From IMG/VR virus record IMGVR_UViG_3300032328_000592, positions 1 through 35,093 of that record: a stretch of DNA of 35,093 nucleotides, one strand, 5' to 3'. The notes beneath the pieces were generated by a model. It worked only from the letters and a program-made list of their open reading frames with translations, did no database searches and was not told the origin of the DNA. Below, piece after piece: positions 1 to 9,078 of this stretch (positions within the stretch are counted from its first letter, which is position 1; the number at the start of each line of letters is the position of its first letter). Source of the stretch: a virus (Duplodnaviria; Caudoviricetes). Made by a program: the position numbers and the translations under genes.

Positions 1-510
1 ACCGCTTGAACCTGAAGTTCCTGAAGAACCACTTGAACCTGAAGTACCTGATGAACCACTTGAACCTGAAGTTCCTCTAGTTCCTGATGAGCCACTTGAA
101 CCTGAAGTTCCTGAAGAACCACTTGAACCTGAAGTTCCTGAAGAACCACTTGAACCTGAAGTTCCTGACGAACCGCTTGAACCTGAAGTTCCTGATGAGC
201 CACTTGAACCTGAAGTTCCTGAAGAACCACTTGAACCTGAAGTACCTGATGAGCCACTTGAACCTGAAGTTCCTCTAGTTCCTGATGAACCTGAACTACC
301 ACTTGTTCCTGACGAACCGCTTGAACCTGAAGTACCTGATGAGCCACTTGAACCTGAAGTTCCTCTAGTTCCTGAAGAACCACTTGAACCTGATGTTCCC
401 GATGAACCACTTGAACCTGATGTTCCACTAGTTCCTGAAGAACCTGAACTACCACTTGTTCCTGAAGAACCACTTGAACCTGAAGTTCCATTAGTACCTG
501 AAGAACCCAC
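1..510 (-). repeat. Coding tandem repeat of 9/27-bp units encoding (GSS/GTS/GTR)n
   Basis: The + strand units accacttga / acctgaagt / tcctgaaga recur with synonymous variation. The minus strand reads TCT TCA GGA ACT TCA GGT TCA AGT GGT = SSGTSGSSG. Confidence 0.95.
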
Positions 511-1548
511 AGGGCCAGGTGCACCAGCTAAGTTAATGTCCCAACTACTGAAAGAACCTGTACCGGTATTATTACTTGATGACAATATAAAAGCTCCCGT
601 AATTGGGTTGTATGACGATATTGTTGCTTCAAATCTGTTTGTGGAACTATTTGCAACAATAACAGTTTGTCCGATTGAGTAGGCCAACCCTGTACCACCC
701 GTTAAATAAACTGTGGTTGGATGCGTTGTCGGAATTGATATTAAAGTAGTTGAAGTTGTTGCATATTTATCACCGCTAAGTCCACTTGAGCCTGAAGTAC
801 CTGAAGTTCCTCTAGTCCCTGATGAACCACTTGAGCCTGAAGTACCTGATGAACCACTTGAGCCTGAAGTACCGTTTGTACCTGATGTTCCACCACCACT
901 TGCGGTAATTCCAGTAACTGATACAACGGAACCATCACTATTATATAAACTTAATGTTGATGTTCCCGAAAAATAAGTACCACCAGTTAAATAAATGTCA
1001 GTACCACTAAATTTTCGCCAATTAGCATTGTTTCGGGTGTATCCACTTATATCTTCAATTGTGTTTGCCGTCCAAGCTGAAATAAACGCAATTCCTTGCG
1101 GACTATTTCCTTTAACTTGTGTACCAAATTCGGCGAAAACAACTGTATTACCACCGGTACCTGTTGCACCAGTCGCACCACTAAATAACGATTCGTAATT
1201 ATTAATATGAAATTCGTATGTTTGGTCTGTTTCGTACACATAAACCAACATACCAAGTTTTCTTCTTCCTGATGATATGTTGTCAGAATATAATGTTAAA
1301 ACATCAGGAGAATAAGACGCACCTGTGCCTTTAATTAAACTAATAGGGATTGAATTACCACTATATTGTACAATTCCTGTTGTCCCACTTGGGATTGTAT
1401 AATATAATTCGTTGAGGCTATAGACCTCCATATGACCACCAACACCTAAATTACTAAAATTTGTCCCGAATTCATCAATTCTACGAACACTTTCAGGCCC
1501 ATTTAACAATTGAGGCGATGTCGGATTTTTATACGGAAATGTTCCCAT
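1..1548 (-). CDS. Putative tail fibre / virion fibre protein with Gly-X-X (Ser/Thr) repeats; partial, runs off the left edge (at least 516 aa)
   Basis: Not in the ORF track because its stop is outside the window. My translation from ATG at 1548 gives MGTFPYKNPTSPQLLNGPESVRRIDEFGTNFSNLGVGGHMEVYS...RRKLGMLVYVYETDQTYEF...GGGTSGTNGTSGSSGSSGTSGSS...GAPGPVGSSGTNGTSGSSGSS... It is preceded by TATTTATA and lies at the end of a structural operon. Confidence 0.8.
   Translation of the reverse strand, partial: MGTFPYKNPTSPQLLNGPESVRRIDEFGTNFSNLGVGGHMEVYSLNELYYTIPSGTTGIVQYSGNSIPISLIKGTGASYSPDVLTLYSDNISSGRRKLGMLVYVYETDQTYEFHINNYESLFSGATGATGTGGNTVVFAEFGTQVKGNSPQGIAFISAWTANTIEDISGYTRNNANWRKFSGTDIYLTGGTYFSGTSTLSLYNSDGSVVSVTGITASGGGTSGTNGTSGSSGSSGTSGSSGSSGTRGTSGTSGSSGLSGDKYATTSTTLISIPTTHPTTVYLTGGTGLAYSIGQTVIVANSSTNRFEATISSYNPITGAFILSSSNNTGTGSFSSWDINLAGAPGPVGSSGTNGTSGSSGSSGTSGSSGSSGTSGTSGSSGSSGTSGSSGSSGTRGTSGSSGSSGTSGSSGSSGTSGSSGSSGTRGTSGSSGSSGTSGSSGSSGTSGSSGSSGTSGSSGSSGTSGSSGSSGTSGSSGSSGTSGSSGSSGTRGTSGSSGSSGTSGSSGSSGTSGSSG
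781..898 (-). repeat. Second, shorter Gly-X-X (GTS/GSS) coding repeat block
   Basis: The same 9-bp units (ccacttgag, cctgaagta, cctgatgaa) encode GGGTSGTNGTSGSSGSSGTSGSSGSSGTRGTSGTSGSSG. Confidence 0.9.
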
Positions 1549-1553
1549 TAACT

Positions 1554-1560
1554 ATAAATA
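1554..1560 (-). promoter_or_regulatory. TATTTAT element (putative phage late promoter) upstream of the fibre gene
   Basis: Minus strand reads GTATTTATAgttaATG. The same heptamer precedes five other genes. Confidence 0.55.
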
Positions 1561-1574
1561 CATTCACTTAAAAA

Positions 1575-2564
1575 TTATCCAACACTTTCGCCTTTAAAAT
1601 ATATTACGCCAGTATTTGCCAATCTGAAATTAGTACCAGGATAAGTTGTGTAAACCCTATATGTTGTTTTTGGTATTAAATCACCCGTATACGTAAATGT
1701 GTTAGTTCTAATTGTTGACTCTGTTGATACAATAGTTAAAGGTGATGGTGATGATGTACTATAACCGATAGTTAATTGTGTTAAATTATTTGTTAAACTA
1801 ACAGGAATTATCCATGTGTACCAAGCGTTTCCTGATGTTGATTCACCAATGGTAACATCAACCGTTTCAAAATTATATGCAACAATTGGATTTCCAAATG
1901 CATCAATTCCTCCTGTAGTTTGCGGAACATCAGATGTAATAATTCTTGGAAATACATTATTTGTCCAACCACTAAAGTTAACATATGAATTCATATCGTC
2001 ATTGAAATACGCAGGTGCCATACTCGGTTGGCTTCCGTTTGAGAAACCATAAAAATTAACACCCTGATTCGTCATCCATTGTCCAATTAATGATGAACCT
2101 GATAATGGTTCAATAAATAAAATTGCCTTTAACGCCATTGGTGAACTTGTTGGCGTTATAGTTGGTGTTGGTGTTAATGTCACCGTAATTGTCGGAGTAA
2201 CTGTTGGTGTAACACTAATTGTCGGAGTAACTGTTGGGGTAACACTGATTGTCGGAGTAACTGTTGGAGTAACCGATGGTGTTGGTGTAACTGTCGGTGT
2301 AACACTAATTGTCGGAGTGACTGTTGGGGTAACTGATGGTGTTGGAATTAAATCATTACACAATATAATGTTTGAGTATGTACACCCACTAGCATCAATA
2401 ATAGTTAATTTGATTTCAGGTGCCATACTAAATAATGTAGGAACTGTAATAGTGGTTGCGGATACTATTGTAGATATAAAAGTATTATTGTTACCGTATA
2501 TATCACTAATGTAAACATTGTATGGTGATGTTCCGCTTAAAGTATTAAATATAATTTGACCCAT
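1575..2564 (-). CDS. Putative virion protein with a Pro/Thr-rich linker (329 aa)
   Basis: N-terminal module SGTSPY...IIDASGC resembles one SprB-type repeat. It is followed by a (TPTVTPTISV)n linker and a C-terminal beta-rich domain. It abuts the upstream gene (TAA then ATG). Confidence 0.75.
   Translation of the reverse strand: MGQIIFNTLSGTSPYNVYISDIYGNNNTFISTIVSATTITVPTLFSMAPEIKLTIIDASGCTYSNIILCNDLIPTPSVTPTVTPTISVTPTVTPTPSVTPTVTPTISVTPTVTPTISVTPTVTPTITVTLTPTPTITPTSSPMALKAILFIEPLSGSSLIGQWMTNQGVNFYGFSNGSQPSMAPAYFNDDMNSYVNFSGWTNNVFPRIITSDVPQTTGGIDAFGNPIVAYNFETVDVTIGESTSGNAWYTWIIPVSLTNNLTQLTIGYSTSSPSPLTIVSTESTIRTNTFTYTGDLIPKTTYRVYTTYPGTNFRLANTGVIYFKGESVG
2150..2346 (-). repeat. 30-bp coding tandem repeat (about 5 full copies plus degenerate flanks) encoding TPTVTPTISV / TPTVTPTPSV
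   Basis: gtcggagtaactgttggtgtaacactaatt-type units start at 2191, 2221, 2251, 2281 and 2311. Confidence 0.9.
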
Positions 2565-4688
2565 TTAAGTTTGACAAAAAATGTTAAAGTTTATTTTTAT
2601 ACCAACAATAAATTCGGACTCACTTAAAGTATTTTCAGTACCATTACAATATGATTTTACTAAAACACTATTTGTTGTCGGATTTATAACGTAAGATGCA
2701 ACACCTGTGATACCTGATAATATCCCTTCTAAAGCATCAACCCAAATTGATTCTGTTGGTACATCAGTTAATGTTGTGCCGGTGTAAAAAACATCCTCAT
2801 AAGTATTACCACTTATTTCAATAGTCGCCGAATATGTTGCCGATGATAGAACACAATTAGTATTTCCTATGGTTAAATCATAAAATCCTTCATTTACCAT
2901 TGTGGTAAAATCACGTTTATTGTTTGTAGTTATATCGAACCCATTGTTAATGATTGGTATAACTTGATACCCACCAATGTATTGATTACATGGTAATACA
3001 ACACTTCTATTTAATGTACATCCACTATTATCACTTAATGTCAATGTATAGGTACCACCAGTTAAACCACTTAAGCTCGGACCATTCTGATTATTAGGTA
3101 CATTGTTGGACCATAGATAACTAAAAGGTGGTGTTCCTGTAAACACACTAACGTTGATAGTTCCTCCCGAACCGCTATTACCACAATTAGTGGCTGTTAA
3201 ACCAAAATCCAATGTAGATGAATTACCTACAGTAAAATTAGTATAAACAGAACAGTTATCTTCGTCTCTTACTTGTATTTGATATACGCCAGATGATAAC
3301 CCATTAAATGTAACCGCTGATTGTGGTACATCTATATATTGTATAACTGGTACGTTGTTCTTTGTTAAAATTAAATCTAAAACACCGGTATATCCTGTTC
3401 CAACTTGGAGATAACAAGAACCGTTACTTTGACCACAACTTGTGTTTGTAATTGATGTAGTTAACTCAAATTTATCATTAGTAAATAAAGTAACAGTTTC
3501 TTGATAGACACATCCGTTAGTATTACTAATAATAATTGTATATGTTCCAGAGTCTAAATCTGTAAAACTTTGAACAGGTGATGTTGTTGTCACCGATTCC
3601 GTAGTTAAATCCGGTTTAACTATTGTGTATATAAACGGTCCGTTACCAATTACATTTAAATTTATTGTACCTCCACTTGCCGAACATGTTGAATTCTGTG
3701 CCCCTATCGATACTACTGAAAATCCAGCACTAGCTTGTAAATATGTACTTCCATTAACAGAACACAAAGCGGAGTCGGTTACAATAAACACAGCTGAACC
3801 CGGTGTGAACCCTGTAAATGTCGGACTACTTGAATATGTAACCAAAGTAGTTCCATTACTTCCCGAATAAAAATACGGTCCAGTTCCACCAGTTATGATT
3901 ATTTTTACAGTTCCGTCAGCACTAAAACAACTCGGATTAGTAGTTTCAAACGAAACTACTTGTAACGCATCTGTTTTAACAACATCCGCAGATTTAGTCA
4001 CACTACAACCATTCGAATCTGTTACTGTAACACTATACGTTGATGCTGTTAATCCTGTTATTGTTGTTCCAGTACTACCGTTACTCCACAAATATGTGAA
4101 AGGAGCAGAACCCGTTAATCCCGTAATTTGTAATTTACCTGTTGCTCCAAAGCAATTAGTATCATTAACAATAAAAAAATCATAATCAACAGGTGTTGAT
4201 GAATTTACAATAACTGATTCTGAATATCCTGTACATCCACCATAATCACTATAATAAGCTCTATAAATTCCGGGGCTTAGATTAACAAACGTAACCTCAC
4301 TATTTGTTGTAACCGCACTCTGAACTAAGGTAGTACCTGAATATAAATTAACATTTATTGGGAATGATGTTGATGCACCACTAATTGTTATTGTTCCGTT
4401 ATTATCGCCACAAGTAGTTGCACTAACAGAACTAATATCTAAACATCCGCCACTTGATACTAAAATATTAATGTAATATTCATTATTAACACCACCTAAC
4501 GAATCATTAACTCTAACATAATAATTTCCGGCATTTAAATTATTTTTTGTACTTCCACTTCCAAGATTAGGATTTAACCAAGTTATAGTATAGGGTTCAA
4601 CACCGCCATAAAGTGATATATTAATAGAACCTTGACTACTGTTTGTACAATCGCCCGTTACTGAAAATTGATATTCAAAATTTGCCAT
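2565..4688 (-). CDS. SprB-repeat-containing virion/adhesin-like protein (about 707 aa)
   Basis: About seven ~80-aa repeats of the form C..G.I.....G..P(F/Y).Y.WSNG....L..G.Y.V.V.D..GC. The probable start is ATG at 4688 (MANFEY), which overlaps the upstream stop as TAATG, rather than 4697. Confidence 0.8.
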   Translation of the reverse strand: MANFEYQFSVTGDCTNSSQGSINISLYGGVEPYTITWLNPNLGSGSTKNNLNAGNYYVRVNDSLGGVNNEYYINILVSSGGCLDISSVSATTCGDNNGTITISGASTSFPINVNLYSGTTLVQSAVTTNSEVTFVNLSPGIYRAYYSDYGGCTGYSESVIVNSSTPVDYDFFIVNDTNCFGATGKLQITGLTGSAPFTYLWSNGSTGTTITGLTASTYSVTVTDSNGCSVTKSADVVKTDALQVVSFETTNPSCFSADGTVKIIITGGTGPYFYSGSNGTTLVTYSSSPTFTGFTPGSAVFIVTDSALCSVNGSTYLQASAGFSVVSIGAQNSTCSASGGTINLNVIGNGPFIYTIVKPDLTTESVTTTSPVQSFTDLDSGTYTIIISNTNGCVYQETVTLFTNDKFELTTSITNTSCGQSNGSCYLQVGTGYTGVLDLILTKNNVPVIQYIDVPQSAVTFNGLSSGVYQIQVRDEDNCSVYTNFTVGNSSTLDFGLTATNCGNSGSGGTINVSVFTGTPPFSYLWSNNVPNNQNGPSLSGLTGGTYTLTLSDNSGCTLNRSVVLPCNQYIGGYQVIPIINNGFDITTNNKRDFTTMVNEGFYDLTIGNTNCVLSSATYSATIEISGNTYEDVFYTGTTLTDVPTESIWVDALEGILSGITGVASYVINPTTNSVLVKSYCNGTENTLSESEFIVGIKINFNIFCQT

Positions 4689-7612
4689 TATCCACAAGAA
4701 ATAGTCGCGTTTATCCCTACATTAAGAGTTAGTGTTTTGTTATTAAATAATTGCATACAACCTGAATTTGATATTATAATTCTTTCTGAATTAACATTAT
4801 AATTTAATCCATATTGGTAAATAGTTGACAAGTAAGTATCTAAACCATCAATCCATTGTTGTTCAGTTGGAATACCATTTATTCCGTATCCTGTAAAGAA
4901 TGGTTGTTGAACCAATATGGTATCGTCCAATCTTAAATCAATATACCAAATTGAAGTAATTGAATTGAGGTCACAATTTTGTAATTGATACCCTTGTAAT
5001 GATACAACACCATTTAAAGCTGTGTATAACGCATCTGAGAACGAATCAATTGTTGAGCTTGTTCCACTCCAAGGTATTGTTGACCCCGTTATTGTTTCAT
5101 CAATACAGTCGTAAGCATATAGAACACCATTCGCAGTACAAGGTACACATGGTACCGCAATGAACTCACAACCTCTTTGTCTTCTATACACATATTTTTG
5201 TCTATGAAACGCAGAATTTTCATATTTAATACCACCATTCCAAATTGTTGATGAAGGAATTACTTGTTCAACTAATTTCGTCCAGTAACTACCAATTCCT
5301 ATTGAATAGTCAATCATTTTTTGGTAAGTGTATTTTGATGTGTCAATACCAGCCAGCTCTAATGATTGTAAATAATTCCAATAAACCAATTGGAGTGTTG
5401 GATATCCTGAAGATTTTCCGTCATTTGTAAACCATCTGTTTCTAACATTAATCATGTTATGATAGAATGATTGTGCAAACTCAGCGAATGTTTTTGTTTG
5501 CGGTTTTGGGTCAATTACCGTCCAATCAATATTACCAGGTGATGGATACGGATTTGTTAACCCACTATATGGAATAGGATAATCATATTCATTTGATTGT
5601 GACCAAACATCATAAGTCAATCCTTGACCAACATTTAAAAATAAATCAACATTTTTAACGTTTAGTGTTAAACTGTTATCTAACGATGTTGGTGTTGACT
5701 CATTTGCCAATGATTTATCATTGTCTTTATATGATTTAATATTAAAACCTAAACTACCCATATTTGGGAAGTTCCTATATCTTTGTAAAAATTGTTGTCC
5801 AAATGATGGTGCCAATTGTGTTACTTGTGTATTTGGACTTGTTCCTGTGAATGTTAAAGTTGAAACTTGTACAACATCTTCACTAACGTGGAATGAATTC
5901 TGTTCGTACCAACCTTGTCCTTGTTGGAAAAAGAAATTTGTTGTTTGGTCAGGTGTTTTAGGATAACCATCAGAATTAACAGGGTAATCAGTAATTGTGT
6001 AATTTGATGTTGTAGACGCTAAATTAGTTGTAAAAGCACTAAAAGTCCTACCTAAAATTTTATATTCAGAACCAGGTAAATAACCAGGTAATTGTTGTGT
6101 ATATGTTCCACCCGAAATTTGAACGTATTGCGTTAGAAAATCGTCGTATTTTAATTTTCGGTCAACTGTGTATATTGTTTCATTAAATTCAATTAAAGCA
6201 TCGGGTGCTCCAATTGTTCTCATTAAAAATTCAACAGATTTTCTTGTTCCTTTTGAACGGAATAAATGTGATGCGTTTAATATTAATCTTCTATAATATT
6301 CAAAGTTTAACTCAGTCGGCGTTTGGTCTCGAGTCCACCCATCATAAATTGATTTGTTTTTAACACCATATATTGATGTTAAAAAATCTTCATTGGTTAT
6401 TGGTGATATATTCGTATCCCACCCTAATGTTTTTGCCAAATAAACTAACAAAGCCGAAGGTATGTCATTTTCAGGGACATAATCAACTGATGTCATTGTT
6501 GCCAATGAATCTATAAAAATTTTTGTCTCATCAAAACTTCTACCGTATATTTGTAATACTTTATCAACCTTTTGGTCTTTAGTGTCAAATTCATGAAAAG
6601 CATCAGTCGTTAAAAACCTACTAATTAAATTTGTCTTAAACGAATCTAATTGTTCACCATATTGACTCAATGTTTTTATATATGATTCATAAGCAATAGT
6701 TACAATATCTAAATTCCAAACACCCAATAAAGGCCAAGTTAGGTATTCATATGATGTGTAAAAAGTACCATTATCAGTTTGTTTGGGTATTTTAAATTGA
6801 GCGGTGTATTTTGGGACAACAAATCTGTTTAGTAAGAATTTTTCAACAGCGTCAAAATCATTTTCAAAAACCATTTCGGTTTTCATTTTATTTGGTCTAA
6901 TAACCAAAGTATCAATTGTTGTTGACACACCTGAAAACGGATTGCCGTTAACAGTAATTGATATTGTCCCACCACTTATTGATGTTGATGGTGTGAACAA
7001 TATAAAAGGATATTCTGTTGAGCCCGTACCTATGAATAAAGAATAATCTTTATAAAAAGTTGTCATATCCCTTAATGGGCTAACAGGTGTTGGTCTAAGT
7101 GCAATATTTCTAGCAGCATTTTCCGAAAAATCAATGTCAAAAATGTTTTTAATTCTTGACACGTTGATATCAAAACTAGTCACGTTTTCATTTTGATTGT
7201 ATCTAATGTTGGTCGCAGTATTACCACTACTATAATCAAAATATATTTGGTCAACTTCAATTGAAGCCGGAAAAAAATTAATAATTTGAGTAACCGATGT
7301 TGAAAATCTTTTTGTTAGTGAGCCGTATAATGTGAAATTAGTTACTTCTGTTAAATCATAAGCAGGATAAACTTTTAGGTCTGCAGATAAAGCCTTTTTA
7401 GCTTCGTCAAGATTAACATTTAAATCATTTAAAGTAATTGGATTTGAAAAAACACCTGATTGATAATCTTTATCGATTTTTTCAACAACACCATAATTCC
7501 ATACAAAATTGGTGTTAGTTAAACCACCACCTTGCGTAGATTGAAATCCGACCAAATCTTCATTTGGACTAACAAAACCAGCACCTGTATTTGGAACAAC
7601 TATTTTACTCAT
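4688..7612 (-). CDS. Putative baseplate wedge/tail protein (974 aa) containing a P2 gpI / T4 gp7-like segment
   Basis: LLVYLAKTLGWD...YYRRLILNASHLFRSKGTRKSVEFLMRTIG matches the 'L..LA...G....R..I......+.KGT..++' pattern of P2 tail protein I-like wedge proteins. It lies downstream of gp25/gp6. Confidence 0.65.
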   Translation of the reverse strand: MSKIVVPNTGAGFVSPNEDLVGFQSTQGGGLTNTNFVWNYGVVEKIDKDYQSGVFSNPITLNDLNVNLDEAKKALSADLKVYPAYDLTEVTNFTLYGSLTKRFSTSVTQIINFFPASIEVDQIYFDYSSGNTATNIRYNQNENVTSFDINVSRIKNIFDIDFSENAARNIALRPTPVSPLRDMTTFYKDYSLFIGTGSTEYPFILFTPSTSISGGTISITVNGNPFSGVSTTIDTLVIRPNKMKTEMVFENDFDAVEKFLLNRFVVPKYTAQFKIPKQTDNGTFYTSYEYLTWPLLGVWNLDIVTIAYESYIKTLSQYGEQLDSFKTNLISRFLTTDAFHEFDTKDQKVDKVLQIYGRSFDETKIFIDSLATMTSVDYVPENDIPSALLVYLAKTLGWDTNISPITNEDFLTSIYGVKNKSIYDGWTRDQTPTELNFEYYRRLILNASHLFRSKGTRKSVEFLMRTIGAPDALIEFNETIYTVDRKLKYDDFLTQYVQISGGTYTQQLPGYLPGSEYKILGRTFSAFTTNLASTTSNYTITDYPVNSDGYPKTPDQTTNFFFQQGQGWYEQNSFHVSEDVVQVSTLTFTGTSPNTQVTQLAPSFGQQFLQRYRNFPNMGSLGFNIKSYKDNDKSLANESTPTSLDNSLTLNVKNVDLFLNVGQGLTYDVWSQSNEYDYPIPYSGLTNPYPSPGNIDWTVIDPKPQTKTFAEFAQSFYHNMINVRNRWFTNDGKSSGYPTLQLVYWNYLQSLELAGIDTSKYTYQKMIDYSIGIGSYWTKLVEQVIPSSTIWNGGIKYENSAFHRQKYVYRRQRGCEFIAVPCVPCTANGVLYAYDCIDETITGSTIPWSGTSSTIDSFSDALYTALNGVVSLQGYQLQNCDLNSITSIWYIDLRLDDTILVQQPFFTGYGINGIPTEQQWIDGLDTYLSTIYQYGLNYNVNSERIIISNSGCMQLFNNKTLTLNVGINATISCG

Positions 7613-8523
7613 TATGGTATGATGTTGTCAAAACTAACGCTAAAGTCAATATTATTATTTCTATCTTGACGAACTTCATACAACAAGTCATTAAAGTCAC
7701 TTCTAATTTCAAACAAATTATATTGTTTGTAAATTCTGTTTTCAGAATCGTAGATAGTATATAACCCAGTTTCAATTGCCTTGGTTTGATTACCATAAAG
7801 AGCAACCGCAACACTATTTAAATCATATTCTGCCATTTCGATTTCAACTGTAAATGGGTTGAAAAATGTATTTGTTAAAATAACTTGTTGTCCTGGTTGT
7901 CCGATATATGGAACAGCATTTGGGTTATTAGATGGTGCACTTGATGGTGATACAGTTGCGAAAACCAAGTTTCTAGCACTTGGTGAATCAATATACCTAT
8001 ATCTAACAGAGTTAGTATTACCCGCGGCGGGGTTACTAACAACCGTATCAACAAAAAACGATGATGTTATAATTCTATAAAAATTTGGTATTTTTGTTCC
8101 GTCGGTATTTAAGTATTCAACACGATAACCAACCAATCCTTGTGATACAAATCGATTTCTAAATATAGATGGTACGTTATTGGTATCGATTACAACACCT
8201 TTTACATTAGGTAATGCTGACAAAACACCACAATCAGTTAAAGTGGTTCTTATTTGAACCGGTCTAATCATTAATGTGTAAATTCCAATCTTATTAAACT
8301 CATTTGCAGGTAACTTTAAATTATAAAGACCCCCCAATATTTCATTCGTATTACCACCTGTGTTTGCATTATTAAAATACGGTGTTAATATTTGAGATGA
8401 GTTAAGTTTTTTAATAATTGGTGTTGACGTAAAATCTCTTGACGGTGTATACACCATGATGATTTCTACATCTTCAGGTGCCATGTCGGCTGGGCGAGTT
8501 ATACCATATGTTCCTAGTGCCAT
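7612..8523 (-). CDS. Hypothetical virion structural protein (303 aa)
   Basis: Long ORF translationally coupled (TAATG) to the downstream gene within the baseplate operon. No motif recognised. Confidence 0.7.
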   Translation of the reverse strand: MALGTYGITRPADMAPEDVEIIMVYTPSRDFTSTPIIKKLNSSQILTPYFNNANTGGNTNEILGGLYNLKLPANEFNKIGIYTLMIRPVQIRTTLTDCGVLSALPNVKGVVIDTNNVPSIFRNRFVSQGLVGYRVEYLNTDGTKIPNFYRIITSSFFVDTVVSNPAAGNTNSVRYRYIDSPSARNLVFATVSPSSAPSNNPNAVPYIGQPGQQVILTNTFFNPFTVEIEMAEYDLNSVAVALYGNQTKAIETGLYTIYDSENRIYKQYNLFEIRSDFNDLLYEVRQDRNNNIDFSVSFDNIIP

Positions 8524-8524
8524 T

Positions 8525-9049
8525 TTATTGTTGTATTAATTTATTTGATTTTTTTAAATTTTCAATTTTCCATAAAGGTCTTAAATTGGTATAATAATTT
8601 AATTTGTAAATTTCTTTTTGATTCTTACCGTGACTAATTGGTATTATGTGGTCAATATGCCATTCTCCATAATTATCCCAACACATCCCATCTTGGAATT
8701 GTTTTTCAATATGTTGTTTAAACTTATCAATATCAACACCTAAACAGTCTAATGTATTTTTAGTTTTATTTTTGATAATATTACATAATCTAGCGCGTAA
8801 GTTTCCAATCAACCTAAAATTTAAATCTTTTTTTCTTCTATTTTTTTGATATTCACTGATATATTTTGGATTTTTTTTATGGTATTCAATTGAATAATTT
8901 TTATTTTTTTCTTTGTTTTTGCTATCGTATTCTTTTTTATTTCTTGATTGACACTCCCTACAATAGCTTCTTTTACCAAATTTACCTTTTTCTTGGTTAT
9001 TAAATTCGGTTAAATCCTTAACTATATTACACACACTACAAGATTTCAT
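8525..9049 (-). CDS. Free-standing HNH homing endonuclease with N-terminal Zn finger (174 aa)
   Basis: CSVC...YCREC, a Lys-rich middle region, and C-terminal EWHIDHIIPIS...NYYTNLRPLWKIENLKKSN. It is more AT-rich than its neighbours. Confidence 0.85.
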   Translation of the reverse strand: MKSCSVCNIVKDLTEFNNQEKGKFGKRSYCRECQSRNKKEYDSKNKEKNKNYSIEYHKKNPKYISEYQKNRRKKDLNFRLIGNLRARLCNIIKNKTKNTLDCLGVDIDKFKQHIEKQFQDGMCWDNYGEWHIDHIIPISHGKNQKEIYKLNYYTNLRPLWKIENLKKSNKLIQQ

Positions 9050-9053
9050 ATTA

Positions 9054-9060
9054 ATAAATA
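9054..9060 (-). promoter_or_regulatory. TATTTAT element upstream of the HNH gene
   Basis: Minus strand reads agTATTTATtaatATG. Confidence 0.55.
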
Positions 9061-9078
9061 CTATAAATCAAAAAATCA

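Noticed and set aside
1-510. Possible CRISPR array or non-coding satellite
   Set aside because: There are no unique spacers. Variation is confined to synonymous or conservative codon changes in an open minus-strand frame.
87-976. Plus-strand repetitive ORFs (HLNLKFLKN..., EPLEPEVP...)
   Set aside because: These are antisense shadows of the Gly-Ser-Thr repeat gene.
1553-1560. Canonical T4 late promoter TATAAATA (also at 20386-20393)
   Set aside because: It lies on the + strand, opposite to all genes, with no credible + strand gene downstream. I treat it as the coding-strand TATTTAT motif instead.
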